Shown here: positions 57,404-62,215 of the stretch, piece by piece
Layout of the letters: every line of letters starts with the position of its first letter
Position numbering within the stretch: position 1 is the first letter of the stretch
Assembly: GCA_022824615.1 (NCBI GenBank)
Contig: JAJDZM010000274.1
Span: 1 to 62,215 of the forward strand
From: Candidatus Binatia bacterium
GTDB lineage: Bacteria > Desulfobacterota > Binatia > Bin18
Length of the DNA: 62,215 nt
Direction: 5' to 3'
The notes under the pieces: model-generated
Seen by the model: only the letters and a program-made list of their open reading frames with translations
Database searches by the model: none
Told to the model about the DNA's origin: nothing
Made by a program: the position numbers and the translations under genes

Positions 57404-57687
57404 CTCTCCTCCCCGAAGAACAAACGATTCGGTCGCGGCCCGCCTTGACATGGGTTCGAGGCTGACGACTCGTGTTCGCTTATACCGATAAAACTATCGA
57501 GCTGCCAGATCGCCGAGGATAGGGCACGTCACGTCAACCCCAACTCGTCCGTCCCGCCATCTTTTTATGCACCGAGGACCAAGAGCGACGCATAATTACT
57601 CGGATGAAGCAGCTTGAAGGGCAGGGGGTCATGTCTGTCACATCGTCATCTCGTCCAGGAAGTGGCGACGCGGCATAAACATTTTTC

Positions 57688-57718
57688 TTGACCGACCTAA
57701 TGCTAACATTTATGTTAG
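57688..57718 (+). promoter_or_regulatory. sigma70 promoter with operator dyad for TA operon (leaderless)
   Basis: TTGACC-N17-TATGTT; CTAACAT-TT-ATGTTAG overlaps -10; GTG start 6 nt after -10. Confidence 0.55.
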
Positions 57719-57722
57719 TTCA

Positions 57723-58052
57723 GTGCTTGAGGTTCAGGAATACCAGACCGACGCTGGTGTCAGTCCTTTTACGCGCTGGTTCGATCGTTTGCCTGCTCCT
57801 GCTGCTCTGAAAGTGCGAACCGCGATTGCCCGAATGGAAGCAGGGAGCCTCTCCAATACTAAAAGTGTTGGTAGAGGCGTTTCGGAATGCCGGATTGATT
57901 TCGGGCCAGGCTACCGAGTGTATTTCGGCAGGGTAGGAACGCAAGTGATCCTCCTGCTAGGGGGAGGGACGAAGAAACGACAACGACAAGACATTGCCGC
58001 GGCTCAGAAGCTGTGGGCTGCTTATAAAGCGAGTCAGAGAAAGGGTTCATAA
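57723..58052 (+). CDS. RelE/ParE-superfamily addiction-module killer toxin
   Basis: EVQEY..G.SPF..WF..L...RIARMEAG..KSVG.GVSECRIDFGPGYRVYF..LLLGGGTK. Confidence 0.9.
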   Translation: MLEVQEYQTDAGVSPFTRWFDRLPAPAALKVRTAIARMEAGSLSNTKSVGRGVSECRIDFGPGYRVYFGRVGTQVILLLGGGTKKRQRQDIAAAQKLWAAYKASQRKGS

Positions 58053-58053
58053 G

Positions 58054-58392
58054 ATGGCACTCACTCGTAATTTTAAGGACACGGTCATGGCTCGTGCTCA
58101 GCGTGATCCGGAGTTCCGCGAAGGATTGTTGACGGAAGCCATTGAGTGTTTTCTCAAGGGGGACCTTGCGACGGGAAAGATTCTTCTGCGGGACTACATC
58201 AATGCGACGATGGGCTTCCAGAAACTCGCCCGTGTGACGGGCAAGAAAGATACGAGCTTAATGCGTATGCTTGGCCCCAAGGGCAATCCAGCCGCCAGCA
58301 ACCTCTTTGAGCTTGTAGCGGCGTTACAGAAACACGAGGGCGTCCGCTTTCAGGTTACTCCGCAGCGTGACGTACTCGGTAGATCCGTATGA
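58054..58392 (+). CDS. Addiction-module antidote HTH protein
   Basis: ARAQRDPEFREGLL.EA..GD..GK..LRDYINAT.GF..LA...KSLMRML..GNP. Confidence 0.85.
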   Translation: MALTRNFKDTVMARAQRDPEFREGLLTEAIECFLKGDLATGKILLRDYINATMGFQKLARVTGKKDTSLMRMLGPKGNPAASNLFELVAALQKHEGVRFQVTPQRDVLGRSV

Positions 58393-58464
58393 CTTGCCTT
58401 TACGTCCACATCAGAGCGGCAATAGAGCGTTGTTCTTCTCCCAATGCGTTTGCAGAGACCGCTG

Positions 58465-58569
58465 TTACTTCCTCACGCTTGGGTCGCACTCGATGTGCAA
58501 TTCCTTGAGATCACGGATAATGAGGTTGATGGCGTAGCGGAAGTCGTTCTTGCCCTGATTCAGTCGTAT
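58465..58569 (-). pseudogene. 3'-end remnant of a P450 allele/paralog of 56129-57403
   Basis: IRLNQGKNDFRYAINLIIRDLKELHIECDPSVRK*; 58481-58569 matches 56175-56263 with ~15 mismatches in 89 nt. Confidence 0.88.
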
Positions 58570-58572
58570 CTC

Positions 58573-61500
58573 TTACGTCTCCGCTCGAATCTGCTCATAC
58601 ACCTCGTTCAGCAGATGGGTGCTGACCGCCTCGCGGAAGCTGTCCTCATTCATAAACTTGGCGGTAATCTCCTCGTTCTGATCCATGCGGTCGAGAAAGA
58701 TGCCTTTGAGCGTTTTCTCAAATACATAGCCGAAATTTTCCAGCGTGTTCGCCAGTGCGGCTTGGCGCAGTTCATCACTGCTCAAGGCATCCTCGCGGAT
58801 GGATTCAAAGAAGAGTTGATCGCCAGGCTTAAACTCGGTGCCGAAGCGGTCGTTCAAAATGTCGATGAGCTTGGAAAGCTCAACTGTATCGTCATGTGCT
58901 GTTCCGGTTCCCACATCTGTGGGGCCGGAGATAGGTTCTTGCTGCCCGGCATCCAGCGGAATCGAGCCTTCGCTGATCTTTTGGAGACGGTAGAACTTCA
59001 AGGCAACTTCATCATCGAAGTCGTAGACCGGTCCCCGGTCGCCCCTGGGCAACTTGGTAAGCAGCAATCGGATATAGGAATACCGTTGCTCCAGGTCTGA
59101 ATCCTGAAACGGGATCACCTGGGCCATGAAGGCGTACAGATTCCGGAACGCGGTCAACTCCTTACGAAACTCCTCCCGAACGTCTTCTTCCAGTTCGTTG
59201 AATCGTCCGACCGCAGGGTCGATGCAAGCATTCAAGCGAGCGTGGTCCGCAGGAGTCTGGTTGCGTTTCGGCTTATAGAAGACTCGGCAGAACTCTTCGA
59301 CCTCGGTCTGATAATAGACCTGACGCGCGTCGAGCTTCGCCTGGAGTTCATAGAGCTGCCGCACTTCCACCTGCTCGCCGATGACCGCCTGCTCGTAGTA
59401 AGGCTGGAAGGCGTCGTGAATGTCGTCGGCCTCGTTCACAAAGTCGAGGACAAAGGTCTCTTCCTTGCCGGACGCCGTGCGGTTGAGACGCGACAGCGTT
59501 TGCACGGCCTGAATACCGGCAAGTCGCTTGTCCACATACATGGTGTGCAGGAGCGGCTGGTCGAAACCGGTTTGATACTTCTCGGCGACGATCAGGATTT
59601 GGTACTCGTCGGTGCCAAACCGTTCCGGCAATTCCTTTTCCTTGATGTGTTTGCCCTTGTCGTCCACATTCATACCGACTTCGGTATACTCCACACCGGG
59701 CACGTCGGGGTCCGTGACCGTGCCGCTGAAGGCTACCAGTGTCTTGATGTCCTGATAGCCCTTCTCTGCGATATACGTATCGAAGGCCAGCTTATACTTG
59801 ACGGCATGCAGGCGGCTGCCGCTGACCACCATAGCCTTGGCCCTCCCGCCGATTCGGTGTCTGGTGAAGCGCTGGAAATGCTCAATCATGACCTCCGTCT
59901 TCTGTGCGATATTGTGCGGATGCAGGCTCATGAAACGCGCCAGCGCTCGTGCAGCCTTACGCTTATCCACCTTGGGATCGTCTTCAATGGATTTGACTAG
60001 ACGGTAGTAGGTTTTATAGGTCGTGTAGTTTTGGAGCACGTCGAGGATGAAGCCTTCGTCAATGGCCTGCCGCATGCTGTACAGATGGAAAGGCTCGGGT
60101 TTGCTGTCTGCACCGGGATGGCCGAAGACTTCCAGGGTTTTGTACTTGGGCGTAGCCGTAAACGCGAAAAAGCTGATATTGGGCTGCTTGCCGCGCTTGA
60201 GCATGGTCTTGACGATCTCTTCTTCGTGATCGAGCAGCCCGTGCTGCTTGCGGTATTCCTGCGCCGCCTCCTTCACATGGGCTTCAGCGAGGACCCCCTT
60301 CATCTCGGTTGCCGTCTCACCACCCTGGGAGCTGTGCGCTTCGTCGATGATGACGGCGTACTTCTTCTTGCCCAGTCCGCCCATTTTCTCGGTTGCATAG
60401 GGAAACTTCTGCAAGGTGGTGATGATAATGGGTACGCCCTTTGAGAGCGCATCGGCGAGCTGGGCCGAGTCGATGTCAATCTTCTGTACGACGCCCTGTT
60501 TGTGTTCAAACTGGTAGATGGTGTTCTGGAGCTGCTGGTCAAGAACTACACGGTCGGTCACGACAATGACCGAGTCGTAGACTTTCTCGTCTTTATCCGT
60601 GTAGAGCGTTGCCAGGCGGTGGGCCAGCCAGGCAATGGAGTTGGATTTGCCACTACCGGCAGAATGCTGGACGAGGTAGTTGTTGCCGGTCCCGTTATCG
60701 CGGGCGTGTAGGACGGTCTCACGCACGCAATCGAGTTGATGGTAGCGGGGGAAGATCATCGTTTCCCGCTTGACCCGCTTTCCGTTGATATTCTTTTCGT
60801 CAACCTGAAGGTGGATGAAGCGGTGCAGGATATCGAGGAGGCTATGCCGTTCCAACACACGCTCCCAAAGATAGGCAGTCTTATAACCGTCCGGGTTGTC
60901 CGGGTTGCCCGCCCCACCACGGCCCCGGTTAAAGGGCAGGAACCGGGTATTCTTCCCGTCGAGGCGGGTGGTCATGTGAACCTCGTCGGTATCCACCGCA
61001 AAATGGACGAGCGCCCGTTTTTTGAACTGGAGGATCAGATCGGTGGGATCGCGGTCGGTCTTGTACTGGTGAATGGCACTACGCCACGTCTGCCCGGTCA
61101 TGGGGTTCTTGAGTTCCAGCGTGGCGACCGGGATGCCGTTCAGCGCCAGCGTCACATCAAGCGTGTTGCCGTGCTTGGGCGAATAGCGTAACTGCCGGAC
61201 GACGCTGAGGTCGTTGGCTTGGTACAACGCCTGCGTCTCGGGGTTCATCCCGCTGGCCGGTGCAAAATACGCGACCCGGAACAGCTTGCCGAAACACTTG
61301 AAGCCGTGACGCAGCACGGCAAGACAGCCTTCGTGGTCTGAGTCCAGCGCCTGGCACAGCGCGTCGAGCAGCGTGGTTTCAGCGCTGTCCTTCTGGATGC
61401 TTTCCAGGTACTCCCATTCCTTGGGTTGTGATTGCTTGATGAAGGCCAAAACGTCCTGGGCAAAGACGCCCCGGTCCAAGTCGAAGGCGTCACGGCTGCC

Positions 61501-61578
61501 CGTACGATAGCCGCCCGTGGTGGTCAGGGAGTGTTCGATAGCGGTTTCAAAGGCGTGTTCGGTGTGTTGGCCGGGCAT
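58573..61578 (-). CDS. hsdR: Type I restriction enzyme R subunit
   Basis: Nuclease LELK, QHSAGSGKS, DEAH, FAFTATP, TGFDQP, QTLSRLNR. Confidence 0.95.
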   Translation of the reverse strand: MPGQHTEHAFETAIEHSLTTTGGYRTGSRDAFDLDRGVFAQDVLAFIKQSQPKEWEYLESIQKDSAETTLLDALCQALDSDHEGCLAVLRHGFKCFGKLFRVAYFAPASGMNPETQALYQANDLSVVRQLRYSPKHGNTLDVTLALNGIPVATLELKNPMTGQTWRSAIHQYKTDRDPTDLILQFKKRALVHFAVDTDEVHMTTRLDGKNTRFLPFNRGRGGAGNPDNPDGYKTAYLWERVLERHSLLDILHRFIHLQVDEKNINGKRVKRETMIFPRYHQLDCVRETVLHARDNGTGNNYLVQHSAGSGKSNSIAWLAHRLATLYTDKDEKVYDSVIVVTDRVVLDQQLQNTIYQFEHKQGVVQKIDIDSAQLADALSKGVPIIITTLQKFPYATEKMGGLGKKKYAVIIDEAHSSQGGETATEMKGVLAEAHVKEAAQEYRKQHGLLDHEEEIVKTMLKRGKQPNISFFAFTATPKYKTLEVFGHPGADSKPEPFHLYSMRQAIDEGFILDVLQNYTTYKTYYRLVKSIEDDPKVDKRKAARALARFMSLHPHNIAQKTEVMIEHFQRFTRHRIGGRAKAMVVSGSRLHAVKYKLAFDTYIAEKGYQDIKTLVAFSGTVTDPDVPGVEYTEVGMNVDDKGKHIKEKELPERFGTDEYQILIVAEKYQTGFDQPLLHTMYVDKRLAGIQAVQTLSRLNRTASGKEETFVLDFVNEADDIHDAFQPYYEQAVIGEQVEVRQLYELQAKLDARQVYYQTEVEEFCRVFYKPKRNQTPADHARLNACIDPAVGRFNELEEDVREEFRKELTAFRNLYAFMAQVIPFQDSDLEQRYSYIRLLLTKLPRGDRGPVYDFDDEVALKFYRLQKISEGSIPLDAGQQEPISGPTDVGTGTAHDDTVELSKLIDILNDRFGTEFKPGDQLFFESIREDALSSDELRQAALANTLENFGYVFEKTLKGIFLDRMDQNEEITAKFMNEDSFREAVSTHLLNEVYEQIRAET

Positions 61579-62215
61579 CAGGCGGCTTCCTTGCGAACGT
61601 CGATTTTGCCGGTGACTGCGGCGGAGATAAGGGAGGTACGGTATTCGCGGAGGAGGGTGGTAGATTTTTTGATTTTTTCGATTAGCGCGTCAATTCGCGT
61701 TGTTTCGCGGTTGAGGAAGGCAGAAATGGCGCGTTGCTCCTCATAACTTGGTAGCCATATCCAGAATTTTCTCAAGTCAGCTTGAAATAGGTGGGGCACA
61801 CCTTGCCCATCCTTAACTTGCTGAATAATGCTCTGAGTGTAGGGGCAGGTCATTATCCAATACAAAAAGCTGCTATTTAGATTCGGCTTTGGACGCAGGA
61901 CAGCAATTGAACTATTCACAGTGGCCGGAGCAGGGAGATTGCGTACTACATTTGTTGTCCCGAGAGTCGAACCATCCTTTGCAATCAAGACATCTCCAAC
62001 TTCGAGCATAATTTCTGGAGACTCAAGATATCGCTCCTTGGTAATATAATTGACGTCGTCAAAATCGATATGGCGATTCTTAATGTTGGGCGTTGATAGG
62101 AAAATAAAGCCCTCATCTACATATTCGTCAGCTTTGAGTCCCTTCCAACCCAATCTTGCCTTCACGCTTGCATGAAAACCCAACTTTGAAATGGACCATC
62201 CTTCGGGGACTGGTC
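61578..62215 (-). CDS. hsdS: Type I RM specificity subunit, 5'-truncated by window edge
   Basis: GDVLIAKDG.TLG, LP..EEQRAI..FL..ETTRIDALI..LL.EYR.SLISAAVTGKIDV; TGATG coupling with hsdR. Confidence 0.9.
   Translation of the reverse strand, partial: PVPEGWSISKLGFHASVKARLGWKGLKADEYVDEGFIFLSTPNIKNRHIDFDDVNYITKERYLESPEIMLEVGDVLIAKDGSTLGTTNVVRNLPAPATVNSSIAVLRPKPNLNSSFLYWIMTCPYTQSIIQQVKDGQGVPHLFQADLRKFWIWLPSYEEQRAISAFLNRETTRIDALIEKIKKSTTLLREYRTSLISAAVTGKIDVRKEAA

Noticed and set aside
58444-61746. Plus-strand ORFs over hsdR
   Set aside because: Antisense shadows of hsdR and of the P450 remnant
1-62215. CRISPR array, tRNA, rRNA, riboswitch, transposase
   Set aside because: No regularly spaced repeats, cloverleafs or DDE/HUH/recombinase motifs found by eye; a subtle ncRNA could be missed without Infernal

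Overview
This 62-kb, GC-rich bacterial window is dominated by a large catabolic gene set. It has 3 Baeyer-Villiger-type flavin monooxygenases, 3 cytochromes P450, 2 Rieske oxygenase loci (one internally deleted), a hydantoinase/oxoprolinase A+B pair, 2 class III aminotransferases, 2 D-aminoacylase-like and 2 amidohydrolase-2 enzymes, 2 SDRs, an epoxide hydrolase, a serine esterase and a frameshifted TonB receptor. A ~13.7-kb minus-strand arm is preceded by a near-consensus sigma54 promoter, IHF site and palindromic enhancer. The intergenic spaces are filled with accessory DNA: intact and broken toxin-antitoxin modules, a MITE-like repeat family, a YprA/DUF1998 helicase with a ParB-HTH partner, and the 3' part of a type I restriction-modification locus at the right edge. 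Highlights: (1) an AT-richer 5-gene island (26.0-29.7 kb) in which an ECF sigma factor is flanked by two paralogous secreted Cys-rich hairpin peptides, with matching ECF-type promoters, then an unknown protein and an EamA transporter; (2) an AhpD/CMD-like CxxU selenoprotein split in the ORF track (37122-37703); (3) three places where diverged copies of gene 3' ends bracket inserted cargo. The gene content suggests a host-associated (possibly sponge) deltaproteobacteria/Binatia-like organism, but this is inference only. All family calls come from motif recognition by eye; no database searches were run.
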